64,000 bases of DNA from Callorhinchus milii (taxonomy: Eukaryota). Of the stretch, positions 38,962 to 51,104 are shown one piece after another; the first letter of the stretch is position 1, and the number at the start of each line of letters is the position of its first letter. The notes beneath the pieces were generated by a model. It was not told where the DNA came from, made no database searches, and saw nothing but the letters and a program-made list of their open reading frames with translations. Position numbers and translations under genes: made by a program. The stretch lies in the NCBI RefSeq assembly GCF_018977255.1, contig NW_024704743.1, positions 32,552,001 to 32,616,000 of the forward strand. The letters run 5' to 3'.

Positions 38962-39506
38962 GGCTTATTCCAACGCACTCCTCACCGGTCTCCCCAGCTC
39001 CACTGTTGAAAAGATCCAGCTCATTCAGAACTCTGCCGCTGGTATACTGACCCGGACCAATCTCCGTACCCCAATCTCACCAGTTCTGGCCAGGCTCCAG
39101 TGGCTCCCCATCACCGAACGGATCGACTTCAAGATCCTCACACTCATGTTCAATCCGTTCACTCTCTGACACCTCCCTTCCTCTCTTACCTCCTTACTCC
39201 CCAATCCACCACCCGGCACCTCCGCTCGACTGACACCGGCCTCCTGCTTGTCCCTTGCACTCTCCGCCCCACCATCGGAGGTCACGCTTTCAGCCACTAT
39301 GCCCCAAAACTGTGGAACACTCTCCCTCAATCCGTCCACCTTGCCCCCTGTCTCCCCACTTTCAAGTCCTGCCTGAAAATCTCCCTCTTCAACCATGTTT
39401 ACAGCCACCTCCCCCACCCGGCTCGGATTCAGGCTCCGCCACTGTCAAGCGCTCTGAGATGCTACCCTGCTTGGAGGGCGCTATATAAGTGCAAATTGTT
39501 GTTGTT
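38962..39506 (+). mobile_element. L2 3' fragment
   Basis: YSNALLTGLP..IQLIQNSAAGILT..HWLP-like ARLQWLPITERIDFKIL; (TTG)n tail. Confidence 0.9.
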
Positions 39507-41019
39507 TCAGCTAGAATTCCCATTGACTCGCCAGAACTCTACACTGGAAGTAGATCACTTCAGATTGGCATGGCATACTTCTATTTGTAAACCAGAATTT
39601 CAAAACAAATTAATATTGCAAGGTATTATATATATGGGCCATTTTCATGGATGGGTGACTGCCTAATGTACGTATTTTAATGGTTTACAAGAAGCAAATG
39701 AACACATTGTACATCAAATAGAAACTGCATTATAATATTATTTATTTCATTTTTTTAGGAATCTTGATCTATCAGTGTATAGACTGGAAGTGTCATTTTT
39801 AATTTCAGACTTAAAATTAACTCACAAGACCAGTATTACTGTCTATATAGCTTGGGGTTATTGATTTGAATACTTTATGTATACTTTTTAAATACAGTAT
39901 ATGCTTTCTTTTAATGGTTCTGATTTAGACGTTTAGACTTCCACAAACTATTTATCTTCATTTAACTTTCAGTCAATTTATTTTTCATGGTATGAAAGAA
40001 TACTTGATATTTCAATTAACAATACCTAGTAATAACATCTAATATGATACTAGTGTTACATTGTTGCATTCCCTTCAAGTTGCAATCATACAGACACTGT
40101 TGATCTGAATCTTGTGTCCATTTAGCTTGCAAATGGGTATTGTTAGTAAATAGCACATAATAATATGGAAAGTATTGCCAGTAAATAGCACATAATAATA
40201 TGTAAAGTATTTACCGAAGAAGTGAAAGACAGAGCCAGCATATAGACTGTCCCCAAGCACTCTCTCTATTAATTGTACTAAACCCCAGCACAAGAGGAAA
40301 GTAGTTTGAAGGCTGAAAAATTGCAAGCGATAGGCCTATCTGAAACATAAAATTTGCATGCTGTGCAGCAATGCCAAAGGATTACTGACTCAAAAATACC
40401 GTAGAAATTTCAAACAAATTAACCAGAGGAGATGTGTATTATTATACTAAATAAAAAAATGCATTTGAAAATGAATGTTAACTTTGGATCAGATATCTAC
40501 ATTTAGGGTCATAAACCATTTATGCTGATAGTTTTTGGAAGCGATTAAAAATGGAATATATAACAATGTTATTCACAAACGGGGTGCTTAAGGGCCTGGG
40601 GTTAATCACAGTTGGCGAGCTAGCATGGTAACATCACTTGCTTTCCCAGTATATAAGGTGGGGCTAAATGCAAACTTACCAAATGTTGCAAGCTTGTGAA
40701 TAGTGTTATTTGATCGAGGTGTAATCACACGCCTCTTTATTTATTTATCAGCACCATATGCATATCAGATCTTCTGAAGGCAGTGGGTATCATGTGGTTG
40801 ATTTACTAAAGTGAACAATGGGCTTTGATTCTCTTACAGTATCACTTGTGTGTCGGCTGCACTGTCAGCCTGTGACGAGATAACCCCTACCATTCAGGAG
40901 GCAAAGTGTTGACCTCCAGCGCCGCCTTTTGAGTGGCCTCTCACACACTACACAGTACCACGTAATGCTAAACAGAAATAATGCCACTGAATGATTACAA
41001 GCGCGCATCGTTGTGTTTA

Positions 41020-42870
41020 TTTCGCCAACATGATATACAGTCACTACACTTTACAGTATATTCTGTGAAGCGCTTTGAGACTTCTCAATTATGTGTTAAG
41101 GCGCTATATCAAATGCAAGGATTATTATTTATTGTGTTCAACGTTTCAGCAATGTTCCATCCACAAATTGTTTATTGGCGTAACTGAATTAATATATTGT
41201 ATATTGTTCAGCACTCACTGTAGTATAAACACACACAAACATAGAAATGGACTGACCCCGGTGCTACTGTATGTGGGCAAAAAAGCAACTGTTATTCTTA
41301 GTTTGTGGGTGAAAGTGATGGTCAAGGAATGATTTGGGTTTAATGGGAGGACAGTGGGTGGGTATTCTGAAAGGATGAGATCAAATGGGCCAAAGGGCCT
41401 TCTTCATCTGAATCTGTCTTGTGATTTTGTGAATTCCAGTGATTTACCTTATTTGCTCTTTCTTCCAATTACAGCAATCCAGCCAGTGCTTAAACAGTCC
41501 CAGGATTTTTGCCCACAACACATAGTCAATTCACTTTATAGTATATTCTGTGGAGCGCTTTGAAATGCCTTGAAGACATGATAAGGCGCTATATTCAATG
41601 CAAGGATTATTATTATTAGCTCTCTTGTGGATCCCCATGATTTTAATGAACACAAGCAACCTTACAGGCTCAAATCTATCTTTGTCATAATAACTGCTGG
41701 TTACACTCTCAGGAATTATGGAGTTCAGAGCTATGTCTAGTTCTGCTTCTAATTCTGACAAACCCATGTCACAATGAATGCAGCTTTTTGCGGGTGATTT
41801 TTCTCCAATCAAAATGACTCATCGCCCATTCATTTGGTACTTTTCACTCACAAAATATACAGTCAACTAACTGTACAGTATATTCTGTGAAGCACTTTGA
41901 GGTATCTCAATGACATAATAAGGCATTATATCAAATGCAAAGATTATTATTACTATAAACAAAAAATTTGCCAGCCACTTCAGAATTGCCACTGTGGTTA
42001 ACCTCTAATTTCGAACATCCAATAGTCCAATAGGAAAAGCAGTGGTAGCCGTATGAAGATTTTTCAAACTCTGAAGACAAAATAATAATAAGATTTTTTT
42101 TGAGAGAAGTGTCAAGCCATATTTTACTTGCTTTCACCAAAAAAAAAGGCCAGAGGAAAGCCATGGCCAAATCATAGGAAACCTTTCCTTCAGCACATTA
42201 GACTGCTTGAGTGGATTATTTTTGAATGAAACATAAAAGGCATGTTATGCTTGATTGTAAGTTTATTATTTTCACATTATACATCCAGTTTCTTCCACAT
42301 GTTTGACGAGTTGAGAACTTGCAACTCCTAATGGGTGAGTGTTGTAAATATTTTGGTTGGTTGTTACTTTGTTACTTTCACACGTCTTTCCCATCCGAAT
42401 GCATGTATGAAATCTCATAAACAGATGGGTTGCTATATTTGAGAATTTGGTATATTTAGCCATGAGTTTGCTAAGGTTGTCTCAAAGACTCATGCCTGGT
42501 ACTATGTTTTGAAAAACAAAACTGGAATATGCTTCACATGGTCTCTGAAATGATTGAAATATGAGCTGGGAACATGGGAAAGTGTAACATCAAAACATGT
42601 TACGAAAAAAGCATCTGTCTACAACACAGATCTAAAAACAAGCTGCTCTCAATAAACCACAACTGTTTGTGAGATTTGTTATAAACTTCACCCTGTCACA
42701 TAGTATCAGTGATAGGATGCTGCTGCTACTTATCAGTAATAATAGGGTGTTCATTCAGTTTTGCCCACCGAATATACAGTCAATTCACCTTACAGTGTAT
42801 TCTGTGAAGCGCTTTGAGACGTCTTGAAGATGTGATAAGGCACAATATCAAATGCAAGAATTATTATTCT
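41020..42870 (+). mobile_element. Cluster of four 5'-truncated SINE tails (~41020-41135, 41510-41620, 41840-41955, 42760-42870)
   Basis: Repeated atatacagtcaattcactttacagtatattctgtgaagcgctttgaga...aaatgcaaggattatt; further tails at ~7690, 10285, 13980, 18230, 37050, 46300, 49620, 50110, 58130. Confidence 0.85.
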
Positions 42871-44009
42871 AACAGATTTACTGAAAACTCACATTGAATC
42901 TGTTATGAAATGTCATCTTTTTCTTCCAAAGTGACAATAGGGTCTAATTTGTGCCAATTCCTAACAGGAAAAGACGGTTCAGCCTTCAATGTTCATCTCT
43001 CCAGTACAGTGACACTCCATAATGGCTTCTCATTGTATTCTGAAACAAATGAAGGACAACATTGCAGATGATGTTGAATAATTTATCAGTACTAGCAACC
43101 ATTGATGTGTCACCATGCTCTTACTTATAGATCTGATAAATTAAGACAGAGATGGCTCTAGCAGTAACACTACACTGACCATACAGCAATTAGTCAAACA
43201 CTTTCCTGAATTGGATATCATGTGTTTGGTCAGCTGGATGTCTGACACACGTGGACACCTATTACCATGATTAAGAGTATCCAAACCAGACTGAGAGTTC
43301 CACACATGTATGCCACCAACACAAGGAAAATATCTCTTGTCTGAACTGGAAAGCCTACTCTCTCCCTGGAGGGACACATCCTCCTTACCTAATATAGGTG
43401 CAGGTTGGCAAGAGCAAAGGCTCGGGGACCAGAATTGGGGTACTTTTAGAGTTTAAAATCCTATAGTTTGCCATTAAGAGCACCAATGGGCAAGCTTCCT
43501 GCTGCTTGTCCAGCTAGGATCAGCTTATCCTTAGGGCTTTGGAATGATGGTTAAGAGGAGCTGAATGGGAAGAATCCATGCTCTTGGGGATGGGTGTGCT
43601 CCTTCAAGTCCTGTTAACAAGCCAAGATGGTTGATTTGTCATCAGCAATGACTTGCAATACTGCAGTACCACCTGCCTCAGGAACCAACCAATTCAGTTC
43701 CAATAAAGCCCTGCTTACCTGCATTCCCTGCTTGATAATTCCAAAGCCTTGCCTGCCAGACTCCACAACTCCTTCCTACACAAGCTCCCTACATTATCCA
43801 GAACAGCAATATCTCCTGCACCTGAGCCTATCACTCTCATCCTTAGGGACATGATACACGAGGGAGAGGGAATAGTAGGGTATGGGAGGGACTCATGTGG
43901 AATATAAACACCTGCATGGTCTGATTGGATCAAATGGTCTATTTCTGTGGTTTACAGTGTATTCAAATCTATGTAAATCAGCTTCACTAGATCCTCATCT
44001 GCCAGTAAT

Positions 44010-44400
44010 TCTAATTTAAGTTCCTTTTACTCACATTCAAAGGCCTCCACAACCTTGCCTCACCCTATATCTGCAACCTCCTGCCATCCTAACAATCTGG
44101 CTGCTCTCTCCATTCAGCTAACACTGGCCTGCTTCATATATGACCCACCATTAGTGGGTGAGCGCTCAGACATTCTGCCCCCATTCTCTGGAACTCCATT
44201 CATCTCCACCTTTTCCTCCCACCATTAAAGCCCGCTTTAAGACTTATCTTGTCAACCATATTTCAGTCACCTTTTCCACACTCCCCTGCTCTTCTCAGCT
44301 CCCTCCCTCTGCAGCTCAGGTTGCCAGTCAGCTGTGAAATGCACTTTGAAACGTCCTCCTGACATGAGAGATCTGATATAAATACTGTATAAAAGTTGTT
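44010..44400 (+). mobile_element. Decayed L2 3' fragment
   Basis: Similar to 38962-39506; tail tttgaaacgtcctcctgacatgagag. Confidence 0.65.
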
Positions 44401-45619
44401 GTAGAGACGACGTTCACAGTTCCTTGATAGAGTGGATTGTACATGATCTTTAAAAATAATGAGCTTGTTTAACTGCATGTGTATTTTGTTCCATACTTTC
44501 TTACACTTGGGAATTTATTTGACAATAGATTTTGTTGGAAAAAGCATCAGTTGTGCTAATGTAATTTACTATTGTAGTTCACTTTCCAGGACCTTGTGTG
44601 AGCTTGGAACACTGTAGGAATGATGTTCCTTATGGGATATATTTAGCGCACTTTGACGATGTATGCAGCTATTGGGATTTCTCAGCATAAAACCCCATTG
44701 ATAATGAACACAACCCACTTCAAGCTTGCCCATTTCAAAGGCTGTCTGAACAGAGTCAAATGGCTCCATAATGGTTCCTAGCCTACATCAAATGCTCAGT
44801 CTGGATCTAGATATACAAGTAACCTGGTTCTCTTTTGCAATTTAAACAATTGAGTAATATGGACAAACTGTTAGAAACTTAAAGTCAAGCATGTTTTATT
44901 AAAAAAANTGAAAAGTTCAAGACATCCTTTTTAGACTTCTAAACTTGGATTCTGCACCTATAATAGATTTGGGAATGTATATGTATATAGCATCATTTTT
45001 TCACAGGAACAATTCAAAGCTGTTACTTATTGAAGCACAGTGGGCTTAAGCATCTTGTTCACCCCAGGTAACTGATGCCTGATCTTTGTTCTTCAAACAA
45101 AATGCTGGAATTTAATCCTCATTTCAGTAAAATAATACTGAGGTTTCCAAAGAACATCAACTGAAATTAAGAAACCTAAAACTTAGTGCCTCTGCAATTT
45201 TAATTAACCTACTGTTTTATTTAGTGGAGTGCAGCAAATGGAAGGGACAATGTTAGGAAGGTAATTAACAAATTCTATTATTTTTAATCATAATAACTTG
45301 CATTTATATGCTGCCTCTTGGGTAAAGATAAACATTTTTCAATTTGCATTACACAATATAAATGATTAGAAATGAAGTGGAAATTGTTGTTAGGTCAAAT
45401 TAGCAGCTAACCTGCACCAGCATCATCCCACAAATAACAGTGGGATGAGCAACCTATTCATTTGAATTTGGAGTAAATTTGTATAAGGAGGGAAATATAT
45501 GATCAGGAAACAGACTCCAGGCCTGAAACACCACCTTGTGTTACCTGGTAAGGCCATTTTGGAAGTAATGTAAGCCAGAAGCTATATTTCTTTTATTCTC
45601 TTTCTTGACAATTTTCTTC

Positions 45620-45952
45620 CTTCTCTCTGTCCTTGAAAGTGTTTGACTTCTTTTTTCTTTTACTGGAGTATGGGATGCTGGTTTCCCTCTGGTATCTTGT
45701 CCACGTGGCCATTATTCACATATGAGGAAATCATCGAGTATTGGTTTGGTGAGGAGAAACAACAGCAGAACATAAATTTTATCTGATATCTACATACCCC
45801 TCCAGCAGGGACTACTATATAGCAATCAGGAGTGGCGTTCTCTAATTTACGGTGCACGGGACAATTGTGGTACCTATAGTACTCTCCTGACTGAGATCAG
45901 CTAACTCACCCCGAACTGGGTTTGAATCAGGGATCTTCTTGTGTGTGTGAGG
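45620..45952 (-). mobile_element. Ancient tRNA-SINE, AmnSINE2-like
   Basis: Reverse complement gagttagctgatctcag...ctcatatgtgaataatggccac; related copies at ~14640-14960 (-) and ~52150-52460 (+); family name from memory. Confidence 0.5.
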
Positions 45953-47877
45953 GAATTAGGTAGGTATACATGCAGCATCTCCCTGGAGAGAGAGCACATA
46001 TTCTAATCCAGATAGAAGGATATTTCCATGAGTAGGTGACATACATACGTTGAACTCTCAGTCTGGTTTGGATATTCTTAATATGGTGCTGGTGGAGAGA
46101 TGGGAGGTACAGGAGTGGGAAAGGGATTAGCTACTTGCTGAGTAGATACAGTCAGTGATCAGAGGAGCCCTAGATTTCTTTCCTATTATATAAATTTGCA
46201 TTTTCATGCCAGTAGACATGAATTAATTTAGACTTTTCAAAATGAGCTTTGATCAATTATTTGTGTAAGCAATCTTGCCAATCTAACATTTTTACATTAA
46301 TAAGCCTTGCATTTGATATATGGACTAATCATATCAGCTGGTTGTCTCAAAGCACTTCACAAGGACTTATTTTACTGTGAAGTGTAGTGACTGGGTATTT
46401 GTAGGCAAATGTGACGGCCAATTAGCACACAGACTTGTCCCACAAGCAGACATGAAGTGAATGATCGATGTTACCTTGGAGATTGTTGGCCAGATGAATG
46501 CCTTTCATTTATGCATTCATAAAATCAACTGCACATTGGGCAAACTACTTCAAAAGGGCAAAACTGTTTTTTTTCATTTTTGAATAGTCTTTTAATCATA
46601 GAAGTGACAACTCCACCAGCAGATGCAGTACAATTAGGATTTAAAAGGAAATTTTACACCAGCACATTTTAATTGGCAGATATAATTACCTTCTTTCTGA
46701 TAACTTCTGCAGTACTCCAGGGCACTGCTGGTGACAGAACAGCCACCTTAACTTGTTGGCAAGTCTTGGAAGGGCAGACTGGTCACCAGGGACAGAGATT
46801 CTTTCCATTCGACTTCTGTTAATCCTGCAAGCCAAAGACCTATGGTTGTCTAGGCTGGCAGAGCAACAGGGAACTTGTCAATCACTGCTTGCAATAGATC
46901 GCTACGTGGCTTTAGCTGGTTAAACTCCAGTGGGGCCACAATGCACCCGATCCTTGTATCTTGCCAACCTGGGCCTATCACTCCACAGAATTAAGTAAGC
47001 ATGCAAACTGGTTGCATCTTCTGGAAAGAGAGAGTGCACATTCCATTCCAGCCACAGGGATATTTCCATGAGTGAGTAGAATACATATGTTGAACTCTCA
47101 GCCTGGTTTGGATACTCTTAAACATGGTGATAGGTTTCCGCTTGTGTCAGGCACCCAGCTGACGATTAAAAAAATAAGTAAAGATATAGATAGTGCTCAG
47201 TAACAATAACAACTTGAATTTATATGGCATCCTTCATGCGGGGTAGCATTGGAACGTTGAAAATAAGGAATAATGTTTCTAGGATATAATAATAGCTTTA
47301 TTATTTCCTGCTGGCTTGTGATGGTTTTACATCAGACCCCATGGAAATTACACAATGAGAAAGAGAGGAAAATCCAATTTATTCATCTTGTGAAAATTCA
47401 TGAGTAGGTTTCAATTTGTCTTTGCATATTTTCTTCATCAAGGTGGGGAACATCGACATTTGGAAACTAAACCTTTATCCACTCATTGCATCCAGTATTA
47501 GCGTTAAGCATTCCCAGGTCAAGTATTAGTCAGGTATGATGCTGGGTGAAGTTGTTTGTAATTTATCCCCAGCACTGCAACTTAACACATTCAATGAATG
47601 AGCATCCTCTAGTGGACTAGTGTGGCATTTCCATTTCCCCACCCGTTATCCTCATGCCTCCTTAGCTGAAATGAATGTGTTCATAGAAATTAAAGCACAG
47701 GAAGGGGACATTCGACCCATTGAGTTTATGCTGGTGTCAGTGCTTCCACAGGAGCGAGCTGTTCATATCTCAATTGCCTGTTCCTCTCTCCAATCCTTTT
47801 ATACTGTTTCTCTTCAAATGTTCATTTGTAAATATTATGGTCTTAGCCTCAATAATAATGATAACAATAATCCTTGC

Positions 47878-48015
47878 AAAGTGCAAAATACTGCAGATGC
47901 TGGAAATCTGAAAACAAACCAGAAGTCGCTGGGAAAACTCAGCAGGTCAGGCAGCATCTATGGAGAAAGGAAAGTGAGTCAATGTTTCCGGTCTACGTCC
48001 CTTTGTCAGAACTTG
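47878..48015 (+). mobile_element. Penelope-like terminal repeat fragment common in cartilaginous fishes
   Basis: aaatactgcagatgctggaaatctgaaa...aaactcagcaggtcaggcagcatctatggaga, recognised from memory; classification not verified. Confidence 0.55.
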
Positions 48016-48035
48016 TAAGTTATCCCAGGATAACT

Positions 48036-48367
48036 GGAGTCCTGTAGCTCAGTGGTTACAGCACTCGCTTTGCAAGTGAGAAACCCGAGTTCAATTCCAG
48101 GCAGGTCAGGGCGAAACCTTGGGCAAGTTTCCTTACTCCACACAGAGCCTAATAATAATCCCTCCAAAACCAAAAAAATAAATAATAAATTGGTCATTTT
48201 CAATCTACGACTGTTTGTGGGACATTGCTGTGCGCAATTGGCTGCCGCGTTCGCCCACAAATATACAGTCAATTCACTTTACAGTGTGTTCTGTGAAGCG
48301 CTTTGGGACGTCCTCCCGACGTGAAAAGCGCTATATCAAATGCAAGGATTATTATTATTATTATTAT
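48036..48367 (+). mobile_element. Young full-length tRNA-SINE
   Basis: A box TAGCTCAGTGG, B box GTTCAATTCC, (ATT)n tail; near-identical to 49144-49471. Confidence 0.95.
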
Positions 48368-48495
48368 AATAATCCTTGCATTTGATATAGTACCTTATCA
48401 CATCTTCAAGACATCCCAAAGCGCTTCACATACTGTAAAGTGAATTGACTGTATATTTTTGTGGCGAAACATGGCAGCCAATTGCGCACAGCACT
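48366..48495 (-). mobile_element. 5'-truncated SINE, tail-to-tail with 48036-48367
   Basis: aataatccttgcatttgatatag...aaagtgaattgactgtatattt. Confidence 0.9.
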
Positions 48496-49143
48496 AGCCA
48501 AAGCTGGCAAAGTATTCCATGTTCCAACAAACCTTTGCATGGAAAGTTTTTTTAAAACTTTTCCTTAATTCTTGCAACCCTTTCATCTTCCCCTGTAAAA
48601 ACAGAAGTGTAAGTTCTGCTCAAGATGTACAATGTGGTGTTAAGGCTGTACCTGAAGTACTACAGATAGTTTGATTGAGAATAAAACAGGGAGCTACCTA
48701 CCTACACTGCTGTAACGTGCAGAGAGCAATAATGATGATCCCCAGTATTACAAGGACAAACTATAAGGTACAATTAAAAAATTAGGACTTTTCAGGCTTG
48801 AAGAGACCTTTTAGAGATACAAAAGACACATAAGTGAGATAAAGTAAAATCAGAACAATACTCTCAAACATGTCACCAGAAATGCCTACAAACTCTTTAG
48901 AACTCCAAAAATGATAAAACAAACCCTGAAAAATGACATCTTTAAACCCCCAAAAAACAGAAGCCCTAAGCTTAATTGACTGGGATAATTGATTGGAATG
49001 GGTTAACAGAAAGAGGCTATGACATTTAACTCATTTAAGAAACAACTCGATGTTATAATGACAAAACAGGGTGGCTCTTCTGGAGGTATGAGATCAAATA
49101 GGCCGAAGGGATTTCTTTATTTGTATTATTTATTGTGACTTGT

Positions 49144-49471
49144 GGAGTCCTGTAGCTCAGTGGTTAGAGCACTCGCTTTGCAAGTGAGAGACCTGAGTTC
49201 AATTCCAGGCAGAGGGCGAAACCTTGGGCAAGTTTCCTTACTCCACACACAGCCCTAATAATAATCCCTACAAAACCAAAAACAATAATAAATTGGTCAT
49301 TTTCAATCCACGACTGTTTGTGGGACATTGCTGTGCGCGATTGGCTGCCGCGTTCGCCCACAAATATACAGTCAATTCACTTTACAGTCTATTCTGTGAA
49401 GCGCTTTGGGACGTCCTCCCGACGTGAAAAGCGCTATATCAAATGCAAGGATTATTATATTATTATTATTA
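49144..49471 (+). mobile_element. Young full-length tRNA-SINE
   Basis: As for 48036-48367. Confidence 0.95.
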
Positions 49472-50780
49472 TCTCTTGTGATCCTGTAAACTAAAGCTGG
49501 CTGAAGCACAGTTGAATTGAAGTTAGCTTAACACAATACTACAATGGCAGAGGTTGCCACCTAGTAGTGAGAGAGGGTATTGATTCATTCCTTGCACCCT
49601 CTTCAACGTTGCATTGATCATAATAATCCTTGCATTTGATACAGTGCCTTATCACATCATCGAGGCATCTTAAAGCACTTCACAGGATTCCCTGTAAAGT
49701 TTAGTGACTGTATTTATAGACTGTATTTATAGCAGTCAATTTGCACATAGCAAAGTCCCACAAACAGTGGGAACAATTTTATTTAGATTATACATTTTTG
49801 TAGAAAGAAAGAACTACCTTCATTTATATGATTGGACAATCTATTAATGATTTGGTTAGTATGACATTTGATGCTGTTTTTTCATTTGCCCTTTTTATCA
49901 TTTGGACTAACTTGACAATGTGGTGTTTGTTCAAGACAACAGTGTTCAAGTGTTTCATGATACTATGTGAAGTCATAAAGGCAGGTCAATGCAAGTTGTT
50001 GTATGGTCCTAACATGTTACAGACAACACTTCTGTCTTGTAACCTATCCGTTGACAGTGGGGTGTACTTTGAATTTCCACAAACTGGTTTTGTTGTATTA
50101 ATTGCAATCGGCCACAAAATGTAGTCAATTCACTTTCCAGTATATTCCGTGAAGTGCTTTGAAACATCTCGAAGATGTGATAAGACACCGTATCAAATGC
50201 AAGGATTATTATTATAATTATTATTATTCCTGGTTTGTGAATATCAATTGAAAAATCCAATCCACCCAGATAATATTGGTCATTAGAGGAGCATGGGTGA
50301 GAAATTTCCTTTTGGGTCTGGATTTATTTTATTTATGCAGTTTACATAAACCCTTAATTTTGAAGCCAGTTTTCTGTTTTTTTTAAGAACTAGAGGAAAA
50401 TAGGCTTCCAAGTTAAGATGAAATTCAATACGTTGTCAAATTCTGGATGTGTTAAAATGCTACTTAAATAGATTAAATTTAGACTCAGGTGACATTTTTC
50501 TCACCTAAGTTATGTGATCTACTTTTTCATTGTATCTGTCCACAAATCCATCATGAATATTGAAAGCAAAGGCAATAATTTCTGAAAGAGGCTAAATAAT
50601 GACAGATTTTTTTTATTGATACAGGATAAAATTCTCTTCACAGTGCCTTGAAAGACTTTGGCAATTATAAGCACAATGCATTTATATAAATGTCAATAAG
50701 AGACAGCTGCATAAAATAACTGAAAATAAATCCTAAGACAATTCATATACGATTTGCAGAACTAATTTGAATTTGATTGT

Positions 50781-51104
50781 TTACAATACTTCAGCTGTCT
50801 TTAGTGCCAAATTATAGTTAACTTCTGAATCTAAATCAACAATATCACAATTGTCCTGTGGTTTATCCTCATTTTTCTGTTGGTATTGTGTAGTGTTTAT
50901 GACCTGGTCATTTTTTTCTTCCCTTTGCATTGATGCCTCCTGTTCCTCTTGTAGGAGTTTGTGCTGGGTGGTGAGTATTTCGTCAACAATTTCTTCCAAC
51001 GCTGCGTTATCATCTGCACAAAGCAGTTCAGCATTTGAATCTTGGATGTCTTGTACTGGAGTTTTAAAAGTGTTCTGTCTTTCATTTACCTTGATTTCCT
51101 TCAG
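50781..51104 (-). CDS. stmnd1: STMND1 terminal coding exon
   Basis: ttttattttcag|CTGAAG..., 108 codons to TAA, acidic; ends DIVDLDSEVNYN, similar to STMND1 GVVESDMSYN; AATAAA at 50617-50612 downstream. Confidence 0.75.
   Translation of the reverse strand: MKEIKVNERQNTFKTPVQDIQDSNAELLCADDNAALEEIVDEILTTQHKLLQEEQEASMQREEKNDQVINTTQYQQKNEDKPQDNCDIVDLDSEVNYNLALKTAEVL

Noticed and set aside
40148..40215. 35-bp tandem duplication
   Set aside because: Ordinary local slippage duplication with no further signal
48036..48110. tRNA gene (also 4516, 49144, 54162)
   Set aside because: tRNA-like heads continue into SINE bodies with (ATT)n tails
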